Shown: piece by piece, positions 31,463-40,003 of the stretch
Layout of the letters: every line of letters starts with the position of its first letter
How positions within the stretch are numbered: position 1 is the first letter of the stretch
Virus record (IMG/VR): IMGVR_UViG_3300035490_000495
Length of the DNA: 51,314 nt
Strand: one strand, 5' to 3'
Source: a virus
Translations under genes and position numbers: made by a program
The notes under the pieces: generated by a model
The model's database searches: none
What the model was told of the DNA's origin: nothing
Seen by the model: only the letters and a program-made list of their open reading frames with translations

Positions 31463-31687
31463 TCACGGTCTCCTCCCCGGAAGCTCGGAGGCCAGGATGC
31501 CCTTCTTCCTAATCCTGATAGGCTCCGGGGAGCCCTTGAGGAAGTGCCTGCGCATCTCCGCCCCTGTCACCTGCCCCAGGACTCCCTTCACGTTGAAGAG
31601 CGCCGTGTCCCCCAGGGGGCAGTCGCAGGGCAGGTCGTTCCTGCCCCTCCTTATGGCCCCCAGGCCGTTGCACTTCGTGCATTCCAT
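31463..31687 (-). CDS. small Cys-rich protein (74 aa, MECTKCNGLG...LPCDCPLGD)
   Basis: ATG ORF. Confidence 0.45.
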   Translation of the reverse strand: MECTKCNGLGAIRRGRNDLPCDCPLGDTALFNVKGVLGQVTGAEMRRHFLKGSPEPIRIRKKGILASELPGRRP

Positions 31688-31694
31688 GCCTGCC

Positions 31695-33260
31695 TCACCA
31701 CTCCTGGAACTTCCTCCCTATCCAGCCATGGGTCGCCCTGGCCTCCTCTGTGACCTTGGGCTCCAGCAGGGGCACCATGAGGGAGGGGTCGCAGTAGGAG
31801 GACGGGCCCATCGTGCCGCTGACGGCGTCGATGTACATGGAGAACTTGCCCTCCCCCCCGGTCATCAGGGCCTCCTGCACGCCTAGCTTCCCCCTCAGCT
31901 CCTCGCCGTGCTGCTGGACCACCAGGGTGTCCACGCCGATGGGGACGCCGCTGTGCTCCTTGCGCACCCTCCTGACAGTAGATACCCAGTCCTCTGGTAT
32001 CTCCTGGAAGCCCTTGCCCAGGCCTGCACGCTTGAACCCCAGGATAGTCACCCTGCTGTAGTTGAGGCACTTCCTGGCCTCCTCCAGGACGCCGTAGAGG
32101 TCCCCGCCCGTGTTCAGGACGTACTGGACCGCTATCTTGTCGCTGTCGTCCAGGAGCCCCTCCAGGCCAGCCTTGTGCAGCGCCTTCTCCAGCGCCTTGA
32201 CGTCCTCGCCCGTGCTGACGGAGTAGGCGAAGGAGCCGCACGTCTCTGCTATCCTCCCGGCGTCCTTCTTCCCTAGCCATGCTAGGCTGCGGGTGGAGAA
32301 GTTGGGCACTATGCCATGGGCCCTGAGGCTCTTCAGGATGCCCAGGAAGTCCGGGTGGAGAGTAGGCTCCCCCCCGCCCAGGGCGGCCTCGAACACCCTC
32401 ATCTGCTCCAGGTCATAGATTAGGGAGTAGAGGCCCATGCCCTTACCATAGAGGTCCTGGGTCTTGGCATGCACCCCGTTGGGGCTGCTCCCCTGGTAGC
32501 AGAACTTGCACCCTGCCGGGCAGAAGTCGGTTATCTTAAGGTCCACCAGCTCCGGCACCTCCGCCTTGATGACGGGCTTCTGCGGCCCCTGCATGAACCT
32601 GCTCGCCAGCACGGCCGTGCTGTTGGCAGGGTTGTGGACTATCTTCCCAGCCGGGTACCTGTCGAAGGTCAGCCTGACCTTGGCCCCCGTGCTGCGGTTG
32701 AAGAGCACCCAGTGGGAGGCCCCGTTCACGGTGTCCTTCCTGGCCACCAGGTCCCCCGTGGCACGGCAGTCACGGTCAAGGCCGAAGTCTATGTGCTTTC
32801 CCTCCCCTGCCAGGGGATGCTCGTCGTCATCGTTGTCGTTGCCCCCCAGGACGGCAACGGGATTCTCCAGGAAGTACCCCATGAAGTCCTTGAAGAACTC
32901 CAGGTTGGCCCCCTTGCCGTCCCAGTTGGCCGGGAAGACGAGGCAGCTCTGGTGGTCCACGCCGTAGCCGTTCTCCTCCAGGGCCGTGGAGAACCTCCCC
33001 CCCGTCCCCCTGAAGGCGAACAGGGCGTCCGTCACGATATCGGCGTTGGACTTCCCGATTAGGTCCCTGAGGGTGCTGTGGATGAGGTACCCCAGGTAGT
33101 TCTCCTTGGAGGTACGGTCCGCCGCCGTGAAGTGCTGCCAGCCGAAGTCCCAGTACTCGTCCGTATGTATCTTGCCCAGCCTGTCGGGCGGCATCAGGAC
33201 TATGGAGTGCGTCGAGGAGGAGTTGTTCGCCAGCCCCACCCTCACATTATGTATCCTCAT
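31695..33260 (-). CDS. large radical SAM enzyme (~521 aa) with ~230-aa N-terminal domain of unknown function
   Basis: Start taken at MRIHNVRVGL (the upstream 42 codons of the track ORF are Arg/Pro-rich); ITDFCPAGCKFCYQGSS = CX3CX2C radical-SAM cluster motif mid-protein; GGGEPTLHPDFLGILKSL resembles the SAM-binding GGEP motif. Confidence 0.65.
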   Translation of the reverse strand: MRIHNVRVGLANNSSSTHSIVLMPPDRLGKIHTDEYWDFGWQHFTAADRTSKENYLGYLIHSTLRDLIGKSNADIVTDALFAFRGTGGRFSTALEENGYGVDHQSCLVFPANWDGKGANLEFFKDFMGYFLENPVAVLGGNDNDDDEHPLAGEGKHIDFGLDRDCRATGDLVARKDTVNGASHWVLFNRSTGAKVRLTFDRYPAGKIVHNPANSTAVLASRFMQGPQKPVIKAEVPELVDLKITDFCPAGCKFCYQGSSPNGVHAKTQDLYGKGMGLYSLIYDLEQMRVFEAALGGGEPTLHPDFLGILKSLRAHGIVPNFSTRSLAWLGKKDAGRIAETCGSFAYSVSTGEDVKALEKALHKAGLEGLLDDSDKIAVQYVLNTGGDLYGVLEEARKCLNYSRVTILGFKRAGLGKGFQEIPEDWVSTVRRVRKEHSGVPIGVDTLVVQQHGEELRGKLGVQEALMTGGEGKFSMYIDAVSGTMGPSSYCDPSLMVPLLEPKVTEEARATHGWIGRKFQEW

Positions 33261-33636
33261 CCTTCCTCCCTTCCCAACGCCCGGCCTCGTCCTCCTTCTG
33301 GCTGAACGGCGTGGCATAGTACGGTGCAGGTCCCGCAAACGAGCAGGCCCCGGCATGGGCCTTGCCCCGGGCCGCCCCGCAGACATGGCAACGGGGCCCG
33401 TCTATCTCAGACTCCGGGCGTATTCTGTCCGGGCGGCAGGCCAGGCTGTCCCCTTCCGTATGCCTCCACCTGCCCCGCATGTACAGCGTGCGCTGCCTGA
33501 AGCCGGCCACGGGCCTGGTCTCGTAGATAGGCTGGTTGCAGTAGTAGCAGAGGAGCTGCCAGTCCTTCGGGACCCAGGGGTACTCGGGGTTCGAGGGGGG
33601 TATCAGTTCTCTTATTCCAGCCATTTCTACACCCAT
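33247..33636 (-). CDS. Cys-rich hypothetical protein (129 aa)
   Basis: ATG ORF; LLCYYCNQPIY...CRPD...CHVCGAARGKAHAGAC. Confidence 0.4.
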   Translation of the reverse strand: MGVEMAGIRELIPPSNPEYPWVPKDWQLLCYYCNQPIYETRPVAGFRQRTLYMRGRWRHTEGDSLACRPDRIRPESEIDGPRCHVCGAARGKAHAGACSFAGPAPYYATPFSQKEDEAGRWEGRKDEDT

Positions 33637-34562
33637 CCCCTCTGCCTCCAGTGCTTGAGCATTGCCCCCGCCACGATACGGCTCACCGCCTCACGGTCGC
33701 ACCTCGGGGGGAGGGGGGAGGCCATCACGGCCGCCGCCACCTCTGCCCTGAGCTGGCCGTAGAGGTCGAGCACGTCCGCCAGGCCTACCTTCCCCGTCCT
33801 GATGTCGAGGAGGAGCTGCCTCTCCGGCCGCGGGAAGGTCATGTGCCCTGTCCTGAGAAGCTCCAGGCACTCGTGCATGCTCCGTATCATGTGCATCCCG
33901 GCCTTGGTGTCGTATCCGAACTCCTCCTGCTGCGCCTTCCTGGTGCCGTGCCGCCCGGTCCCCTCACCCAGCATGCGCTTGAACTGGCTGTCCCCCATGC
34001 CCACGAAGGAGTCCTTCAGGGCCTTGGACAGGAACTCCCCTGTGTTGGGGACGATGTCGGTGTCCCATACTGTCGCCGTAGGGGCCTTCCTGTAGCGCTC
34101 GGCGCACTCCGGGTCGTACCTATGGCTGTCCCAGTTGATGCAGCCTGGGTGCTCGCACTGCTGCTCGTCGTACGGGCAGGTGAACTCCCTCTTCGGCGTC
34201 AGGGACATGTCCCTGATGGCGTCCGGCACGAACAGGAAGGAGAGGGCAGTAGGGTTGCCCTTGAGGGCCAGCCCTGCCCACCGCCTCAGGCTGTATGCCT
34301 TGACGTCCTTGTCCTTTCCTGTGTTCCTGCGGCTGTCGGGGGCAGTGCTCGTGCTGACGTGCCCCCTCTTCCTGGGGTTCTCGCTGTCGAGGTGAAGCTC
34401 TTCCTCTGGCCTCCCTACGAACACGCCGCACACGTCCAGGTCCGCCGTGTCGCTGAGCCTTGCCCCGTGCTGCCAGGAGCCGCCCGCAAAGGCCAGTATG
34501 ATGCCCTCGGGGTCCATGCCCCCGAGCCTCGCCATCTCGTCCTTCAGCCTGCCGTAGAACAT
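33627..34562 (-). CDS. Pol-beta-superfamily nucleotidyltransferase (cGAS/OAS/MNT-like signature), 311 aa
   Basis: ILAFAGGSWQHGARLSDTADLDVCGVFV matches hG[GS]x9-13Dh[DE]h; followed by a helical C-terminal region. Confidence 0.55.
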   Translation of the reverse strand: MFYGRLKDEMARLGGMDPEGIILAFAGGSWQHGARLSDTADLDVCGVFVGRPEEELHLDSENPRKRGHVSTSTAPDSRRNTGKDKDVKAYSLRRWAGLALKGNPTALSFLFVPDAIRDMSLTPKREFTCPYDEQQCEHPGCINWDSHRYDPECAERYRKAPTATVWDTDIVPNTGEFLSKALKDSFVGMGDSQFKRMLGEGTGRHGTRKAQQEEFGYDTKAGMHMIRSMHECLELLRTGHMTFPRPERQLLLDIRTGKVGLADVLDLYGQLRAEVAAAVMASPLPPRCDREAVSRIVAGAMLKHWRQRGWV

Positions 34563-34571
34563 GCCATCAGC

Positions 34572-35207
34572 CTAGTTGTCGAACCAGAACACTACCCTGA
34601 TGTTCTCCCTGCTGTCGTTGGCTACCCTGTACTCGAACGAGACGTCCCAGAGGTAGTCATACCACTTCCCGTAGTAGTCCCCCACAAGCTCGGAGAGCCT
34701 CTCGTTCCAGCGGTACCTGGGGTATATATAGCCGCCCCCGCCGCCAGAGTGGCAGAATCCCCCAGGGGGGGAGCCCCGCCTGTACTCGTCCGCCTCCAGC
34801 CACCTGGCCAGCTCCGGGGAGGGGCTGCGGTCATCGAGCGCCCCGTAGAACCCTATCCGGTCGTTCTTATGCTTCTTGTACCCCTCCTCCAGCTCCCCGA
34901 AGGTGAGGTAGCTGTGGGAGTGCCCGTCGAGCCCCCAATACCTGGACGCTACCCCTATCCTCTGGCAGCAGTCCTTGGGCAGGCCACGCGGCTCGGCCAG
35001 CACGGGTATCTTTTCCCCCCAGGTCCCGTTCCTGACGCCGGCCAGGAAGGCGAACCAGTCGTAGTTCCTGGAGCTGTAGATGCCGCAGTGGCAGGGGATG
35101 CGGTACCTCTTGCTCTCCCCGTAACGGCTGTCCCTCACCCATACGTCGGACGGGTGCCATAGCTTCCTCTTGCGGTGCTCCACATAGGCATGTATGTCGC
35201 ATCCCAT
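34572..35207 (-). CDS. hypothetical protein (211 aa)
   Basis: ATG ORF; His/Cys/Trp-rich N-terminus. Confidence 0.5.
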   Translation of the reverse strand: MGCDIHAYVEHRKRKLWHPSDVWVRDSRYGESKRYRIPCHCGIYSSRNYDWFAFLAGVRNGTWGEKIPVLAEPRGLPKDCCQRIGVASRYWGLDGHSHSYLTFGELEEGYKKHKNDRIGFYGALDDRSPSPELARWLEADEYRRGSPPGGFCHSGGGGGYIYPRYRWNERLSELVGDYYGKWYDYLWDVSFEYRVANDSRENIRVVFWFDN

Positions 35208-35210
35208 AGG

Positions 35211-35411
35211 CTATCCCTCCTCTGACACGATAAACGACCCTGTCATCCTCGGCGGCGGCCCCCAGCCCAGGTCCTCATCAATCTCCGCGCCCGTGGCCAG
35301 GTCGAACGTCCACGGGCCGCACTCGACCGTGGTGCCCGTGACCTTGGTTACCTTCAGGGGCATGGGTATCTGCCCCGCAAGCCACCGGACGACCTTGTCC
35401 CCGACCTTCAT
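35211..35411 (-). CDS. hypothetical protein (66 aa)
   Basis: ATG ORF. Confidence 0.4.
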   Translation of the reverse strand: MKVGDKVVRWLAGQIPMPLKVTKVTGTTVECGPWTFDLATGAEIDEDLGWGPPPRMTGSFIVSEEG

Positions 35412-35423
35412 ACTCCCTTCCTC

Positions 35424-35744
35424 CTAGAACACCGGTACCTTCCTTATGTCATCCCTTGTCCTCTCGGTCTGCTGCTCCAGGCCGCATTTCTTGCAGGTGC
35501 GCCTCCAGAGGGGGGTCTCCTGCGGGGGTATCCAGGTCTTCGGCATGTAGTCGGAGCCCATGGTGCCGGGCTCGTCCCCCGCCTCGAACCCTGGGGTGAC
35601 GATAGGGTCGTAGCGTGGCTCCGTCCAGGCATGCTGGCACCGGGCCCGTATCTCGGCGAGCCTCGCCCTCTGCTTGTCGAGCACCTGCTGCTCGTGCTGT
35701 ATCTCGTTCCATAGCTGGATGGGGTCATCGCCCGTGTACTTCAT
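35424..35744 (-). CDS. hypothetical protein (106 aa)
   Basis: ATG ORF; C-terminal CKKCG. Confidence 0.45.
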   Translation of the reverse strand: MKYTGDDPIQLWNEIQHEQQVLDKQRARLAEIRARCQHAWTEPRYDPIVTPGFEAGDEPGTMGSDYMPKTWIPPQETPLWRRTCKKCGLEQQTERTRDDIRKVPVF

Positions 35745-35754
35745 GGGACCCTCC

Positions 35755-36192
35755 CTAGAGGCCGAGGATTAGGAGGCCGGACCTCGGCCCGAGCGTCACG
35801 GCCTGCTTGGCCTTCATGTTGGGGAAGACCTCGTCCTTCGTCCCGTCGTAGTAGGCCTCCAGCTTGTCATCGTCCTTCTTCATCAGGCGGAAGAACTGGC
35901 GGACGGTAATGTACTTCCTGCCGAACGATGACACCCACACCTTCCCCCCGTCATAGGCATAGGCATGGTCACTGGTACAGGAGTCCTCCCAGGGCCACGG
36001 CCACCCCTGCTCTGGCAGCGTCACGTCGTCGCGCCCGGCGAAGAACTCCTTCAGCGCCTTGCGGAAGGCCCGCCTGTCCTTTGCCTTCAGCATGCCCTTG
36101 GTCAGGCAGTCCGGGCTCCCGTCCCAGGCTATGCTCCCCAGCCATTCCGCCTTCAGGCCCCTGCCGATATAGAAGTCAGCCCTTGTTCCCAT
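35755..36192 (-). CDS. hypothetical protein (145 aa)
   Basis: ATG ORF. Confidence 0.5.
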   Translation of the reverse strand: MGTRADFYIGRGLKAEWLGSIAWDGSPDCLTKGMLKAKDRRAFRKALKEFFAGRDDVTLPEQGWPWPWEDSCTSDHAYAYDGGKVWVSSFGRKYITVRQFFRLMKKDDDKLEAYYDGTKDEVFPNMKAKQAVTLGPRSGLLILGL

Positions 36193-36334
36193 TGTACCTC
36201 CTGCTCATGACGTATTCCTGCGTCACCTCTGTAGTCTCGCCCCTCGACCACACCAGCCTTACGACCCGCAGGCTGGGCCTGATGTAGAACAGCAGGTTGA
36301 CGCACTTCTTGAACAGCCAGGTGTCCCAGCTCAT
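36175..36334 (-). CDS. small ORF (52 aa, MSWDTWLFKKCVNLLFYIRPSLRVV...)
   Basis: ATGA overlap with the stop of gene 36331..36729; not in track. Confidence 0.25.
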
Positions 36335-36729
36335 TCGTCCTTCTCAATCCACAGGTTGTACCCGTAGAGCCTTCTTATGGCGTTTACCGCCGCATAGTAG
36401 TGGCAGCGGAAGTGCTCTGCATCATCGCCGTCCAGCATCCTGTCCCTATGCTCCATCATCTTCAGGTTCAGGGGGGTGTGGTTTATATCTGCGCCCTTTA
36501 CCTTCATGCCGACCAGGGCCCGTATCCTGGCGGTAGTGGAGAGCTTCAGGGTCGTCGGCAGGCGGTCCGAGTCCGGCCCCCTAACGGCGCTCATGATGTT
36601 ATACCCGTCCCCGCTCGACAGGACGAGCCTGATTGCCCTCCTCAGCAGCCACCTGCGCCCTGACTCTACCCATCCGCCTCTCATGTTTATCACGTTTAGA
36701 CCCCCGTCCTGATACGGCACCTCGGGCAC
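36331..36729 (-). CDS. hypothetical protein (132 aa)
   Basis: ATG ORF. Confidence 0.45.
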   Translation of the reverse strand: MPEVPYQDGGLNVINMRGGWVESGRRWLLRRAIRLVLSSGDGYNIMSAVRGPDSDRLPTTLKLSTTARIRALVGMKVKGADINHTPLNLKMMEHRDRMLDGDDAEHFRCHYYAAVNAIRRLYGYNLWIEKDE

Positions 36730-37025
36730 TCCACCCAGTAGGTCTCCTCTCTCGGGTGGGGGCGTACCACCGTGGTGTGGACCTTGGACAAGTCGTACTC
36801 AAGGATGGCCCCGCAGGAGAGGTTGGCACACTGCACCCTCCTCCAGCCCTCCTTGGGCGGGGGGGCAATCCTTACGCCCTCCACCTCCTCCAGGAGCTTC
36901 CGCAGGTCCTCGGCCCCGAGGACGATGGCGGTACTGGAGATGGCATTGCTGCTCTCCCCCCAGATGGAGACCCTGCCGTCCCCCATGGGGCGGTGGCCGA
37001 ACTTCTCGAACGTCGTCCTGTCCAT
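36696..37025 (-). CDS. hypothetical protein (109 aa) ending in a zinc ribbon (CANLSCG...CPRC)
   Basis: ATG ORF. Confidence 0.45.
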   Translation of the reverse strand: MDRTTFEKFGHRPMGDGRVSIWGESSNAISSTAIVLGAEDLRKLLEEVEGVRIAPPPKEGWRRVQCANLSCGAILEYDLSKVHTTVVRPHPREETYWVECPRCRIRTGV

Positions 37026-37026
37026 G

Positions 37027-37425
37027 CTACCTCCGCTTCCCGGCCCCGCTCCCGGCCTTCTTTGCCCTGGCCTTCCGTGCCTTGGCCTTCCGGGCGCTGG
37101 CCTTCTTCTTCTCCGGCTCCGGCTCTGGCGCAGGCTTCTTCTCCTTCACGCCTGCCAGGCTTTCCCATCCCTTCGCCGGAGGGTAGTCCACCTCGTACCC
37201 CTCCATCCATTGCAGGGCGTTGTAGGCATCGGAGTTGAGGTCCATGTCCTCGATGGCGTTTATCTCGTCCTCGTCCATCTCCCCCTTGAGGACCCTTATC
37301 TCCGTCTCTATCTTATCCCAGTTGTTGCCCCCGAAGAAGTCGTTGCGGGGTATCCTGGGCATGTACTCCTCCAGCAGGGCTATCTCCCTCTGGATTTCTT
37401 CCTCCGTCCTAGGTGTCCTGGGCAT
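37027..37425 (-). CDS. hypothetical protein with Lys/Ala/Arg-rich basic C-terminal tail (132 aa from MPRTPRTEEE)
   Basis: Internal ATG of track ORF 37027..37515; C-terminal KKKASARKAKARKARAKKAGSGAGKRR. Confidence 0.4.
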   Translation of the reverse strand: MPRTPRTEEEIQREIALLEEYMPRIPRNDFFGGNNWDKIETEIRVLKGEMDEDEINAIEDMDLNSDAYNALQWMEGYEVDYPPAKGWESLAGVKEKKPAPEPEPEKKKASARKAKARKARAKKAGSGAGKRR

Positions 37426-37888
37426 CCTTTCCCCTTTCTGCCATGAAGGCATCCTCTGATACAAGGTAATACAGCACGGCGTCCTGGTCGTAGTGGTCCA
37501 TGGTGAACCTGGCAATCCTGTCCATCGTGGCCCTGTCCGCCATCAGCATGACAGGAATCATCGCCTCCCTGACCACGGTCCTGCCTGGGGGGTCGGGCCT
37601 TACCCACTCCCCCTTGGCTACGGACATGATGGTCATGCCGCCCCCCGTAAGCTCCCGGCACTTGGCGTCCCACTCGTTATGGGCCCGCAGGGGGAACCTG
37701 CGGCCGGCACGGTCGCACTCCGGCACCAGTATCTCCCATACCTGGCTGCCGAAGACCCGCCTGACCCTCATGGGCATGGCCCTGCGCTTGGCGGCCTCCT
37801 GGCATGCTGCGCACAGCTCCGGGTCACGCTCGTCACGGCATGTGCCGAACTCGTGCTCCCATCCTATGGCCTGCCCTGTTGCTGTCAT
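37409..37888 (-). CDS. hypothetical protein (159 aa from MTATGQAIGW...)
   Basis: Internal ATG; the upstream 41 codons of the track ORF are Gly-rich low-complexity. Confidence 0.45.
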   Translation of the reverse strand: MTATGQAIGWEHEFGTCRDERDPELCAACQEAAKRRAMPMRVRRVFGSQVWEILVPECDRAGRRFPLRAHNEWDAKCRELTGGGMTIMSVAKGEWVRPDPPGRTVVREAMIPVMLMADRATMDRIARFTMDHYDQDAVLYYLVSEDAFMAERGKDAQDT

Positions 37889-38042
37889 GCTCCGTCCCTC
37901 CTGAAGGCTATCAGGTCCAGGTAGGGCCCCATCTCCTCCGCCCACCCTAGCTGCTCGGCCAGGCCTGCCATCCCCATGGCCGCCCCCCGCATCCAGTTGC
38001 ACCTGTGGCACCTGGTGTCCTTGAGGAGCCTGCCCTTGCAGT

Positions 38043-38300
38043 TCAGGCCTCTTTGAGGAGAGGGCCCTCCTTGTCCTTGGCTACCGAGTGCAGGCTAAGG
38101 CTGGATGCCTCCCCGACGAAGAGCGGCTCGAACCCGTCCTCGGTCTCCCTGGCGTAGATGAAGTTGCCCGGCCGGTCCTTGAGCTGGACGTCCAGGTCAT
38201 GTGCGGAGTACAGGTATAGCCTCCTGGACTCGCCCTCAAAGCGGATGGCCTCCGTGTTCGCCCTGCCCCAGAGACGCACCTTGGTCCTCCTGCCAGGCAT
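38043..38300 (-). CDS. hypothetical protein (85 aa from MPGRRTKV...)
   Basis: ATGA overlap with the stop of the upstream small Cys-rich ORF. Confidence 0.4.
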   Translation of the reverse strand: MPGRRTKVRLWGRANTEAIRFEGESRRLYLYSAHDLDVQLKDRPGNFIYARETEDGFEPLFVGEASSLSLHSVAKDKEGPLLKEA

Positions 38301-38476
38301 CAGTAGTAGTCCTCTCTCCCGTGGCACGGGCAGGAGCCCCCGCACGTGCATACCCCACGGCAGTGCTTGGTGCCCTCGCGGTCCACGTACTCCACGTACA
38401 CCCAGTCCCCGCTGCCGTTCGGGGCCACGGCGGTTATCCTGGCACCGTCCGGCAGCCCTGCCAGTAGGTTGTCCAT
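38300..38476 (-). CDS. small Cys/His-rich protein (58 aa, MDNLLAGLPDGARITAVAPNGSGDWVYVEYVDREGTKHCRGVCTCGGSCPCHGREDYY)
   Basis: Not in track; AAGGAG RBS 6 nt upstream of the ATG at 38474-38476. Confidence 0.35.
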   Translation of the reverse strand: MDNLLAGLPDGARITAVAPNGSGDWVYVEYVDREGTKHCRGVCTCGGSCPCHGREDYY

Positions 38477-38485
38477 TCCCGCTCC

Positions 38486-38740
38486 TTATGCCGACCAGCC
38501 CCCGTCCCCGCCTACTATCTCAAGGAAGGTTGCCCATACGACGACGAAGGCAGCCACGAAAGCAGGGGTCTGCCAGCCAAAGGGGTATGCTTTGTCAATC
38601 GAGATGCCTATGATGAAGGCTACGATAAAGGCAAGGTACTGGATGCCCAGCCAGAGGCCCATGAAGAGGCTGCTGTCCCTGTACCTGGACCTTTCCCTGG
38701 CCAGCCATGCCCTTATAGGCTCTCGCAGCAGTTTACGCAT
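38486..38740 (-). CDS. two-helix membrane protein (84 aa from MRKLLREPIRAWLAR...)
   Basis: Internal ATG of track ORF 38486..38842; hydrophobic segments LWLGIQYLAFIVAFIIGI and AFVAAFVVVWATFLEIV. Confidence 0.45.
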   Translation of the reverse strand: MRKLLREPIRAWLARERSRYRDSSLFMGLWLGIQYLAFIVAFIIGISIDKAYPFGWQTPAFVAAFVVVWATFLEIVGGDGGWSA

Positions 38741-38968
38741 AGGCCGTCGTTCCCCGCCACGCAGCAGTCCAGGCCTTCGTCGCCGCACTCCACGCAGGCG
38801 TACGGCTCCTCTGGCTCCCTCTCTGGGTAGTTGGAGCCGCACATGGGGCAGGTGGTGGTGGCCCCGTCAGGCTGCCTTAGCGCTGCCCTTCTCCTCGGTA
38901 CCGGGCCTGCCTTTCCCTTTGCCTTTCCCTTCGCCTTTCCCTTTCCCTTTCCCTTTGCCTTTGCCATT
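38713..38968 (-). CDS. Cys-rich zinc-finger-like ORF in the +1 frame, overlapping the end of gene 38867..39985; possible frameshift-joined C-terminal domain
   Basis: MAKAKGKGKGKAKGKAKGKAGPVPRRRAALRQPDGATTTCPMCGSNYPEREPEEPYACVECGDEGLDCCVAGNDGLCVNCCESL; both frames read the (ggcaaaggg)n repeat as Lys/Gly-rich. Confidence 0.3.
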
Positions 38969-39985
38969 CGCCCTCTTCTTCCTGGCCTTCGGCTTCGGCA
39001 GCCTGGGCCATGCCAAGGCACGCTTCCAGACGTCCCTGGTAAAGCTGGCATAGCACTTCTTGAGGAAGGCCATCGCCAGCCGGACCTCCTCCTCCTTGAT
39101 ACTCTTCACCACCACCGCCCGCCCGCATCCCTTCCGGGGGTGCAGCACCCATAGGACAAGCTCCAGGCGCGGCTCCGGTACGGTGTAGACGTAGCTATGG
39201 CCCTTGCACTCCGTGCAGGGGACAGGGATGCCCAGCCGCTTGCAGCGCTGGTTGCAGCAGATGGACATGTTGATGCCGTCATGGAACATCGGGCCTGACT
39301 TGGCCATAAGGTTGACCTGCTCGGCGGTAGGCTTCTCCGTGAACTGGAGCCCCAGGCGCTTCCCCTCCCACAGAGCATCGGCCTCGTCCTGGGTCAGGGC
39401 AGCGGACCACTCGCCGCCGTTCTGGACGGCTGAGGCCACATGCTCCCTGAACGGCTCGCCGTACTTCTCGACCATTGCCCTCAGGCCGGGGTCGTCATAG
39501 TTCCCGCTGGACGTGCCGGGGGCGGTCTGGCTGGCAGTGGCCTGCCCCGCCTTCACGGTGCCCTCTGCCGAGACGCCACCGCAGATGTGCTCCATGAACA
39601 GGCTGACCCTTACGTCGTCGAGGTTCTGCTGGTAGAAGGGGCTCTTGTGCCTGTACCAGCTATTGAACACCCACTGTGCGTCCGGGCTGAGGCCGGTGCC
39701 GCCGCAGGCCTCGCACGGCCTGCTCTCCCGGTCGATATGGAAGTAGAAGTTGGCGATGATGTTGAGGTCGTCCGGCTCCCACTTGAAGGAGGGCCAGTCA
39801 TCGACAAACACGTTGCTCCTCCATCCATGGTCCTCGCCGGGGCGCTGCGCCATGTAGTCCTCGTGCGGCCCCCACCCCATGTAGGAGGGGTTGAACCTGA
39901 GGGCGTCCAGCATCCACCGCTTTGCCCCTATCTCCTCGACCTCTGTACGGTCGTACTCATCGTCCATGTCCGGGTAGTAGCGCAT
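38867..39985 (-). CDS. hypothetical protein (372 aa) with C-terminal (KG)n low-complexity tail
   Basis: Long ATG ORF with Cys clusters (CEACGGTG; ICCNQRCKRLGIPVPCTECKGH); ends GKGKGKGKGKGEGKGKGKGRPG. Confidence 0.6.
   Translation of the reverse strand: MRYYPDMDDEYDRTEVEEIGAKRWMLDALRFNPSYMGWGPHEDYMAQRPGEDHGWRSNVFVDDWPSFKWEPDDLNIIANFYFHIDRESRPCEACGGTGLSPDAQWVFNSWYRHKSPFYQQNLDDVRVSLFMEHICGGVSAEGTVKAGQATASQTAPGTSSGNYDDPGLRAMVEKYGEPFREHVASAVQNGGEWSAALTQDEADALWEGKRLGLQFTEKPTAEQVNLMAKSGPMFHDGINMSICCNQRCKRLGIPVPCTECKGHSYVYTVPEPRLELVLWVLHPRKGCGRAVVVKSIKEEEVRLAMAFLKKCYASFTRDVWKRALAWPRLPKPKARKKRANGKGKGKGKGKGEGKGKGKGRPGTEEKGSAKAA
38880..38995 (-). repeat. (ggcaaaggg / ggaaaggg)n tandem repeat encoding Lys-Gly repeats
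   Basis: Seen directly on plus as ccctttcc/ctttgcc units. Confidence 0.7.
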
Positions 39986-40003
39986 TCCTCTCCTCCAGTC
40001 TAC

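Noticed and set aside
33651-35162. Plus-strand 503-aa ORF
   Set aside because: Antisense to the nucleotidyltransferase gene and to gene 34572..35207; Pro/Val/Gly/Ala/Leu-dominated with no motifs.
38880-38995. Possible CRISPR-like short repeats
   Set aside because: They are 8-9-bp head-to-tail tandem repeats encoding Lys-Gly inside an ORF, with no spacers; not a CRISPR array. No CRISPR, rRNA, integrase or IS element was found anywhere in the window.
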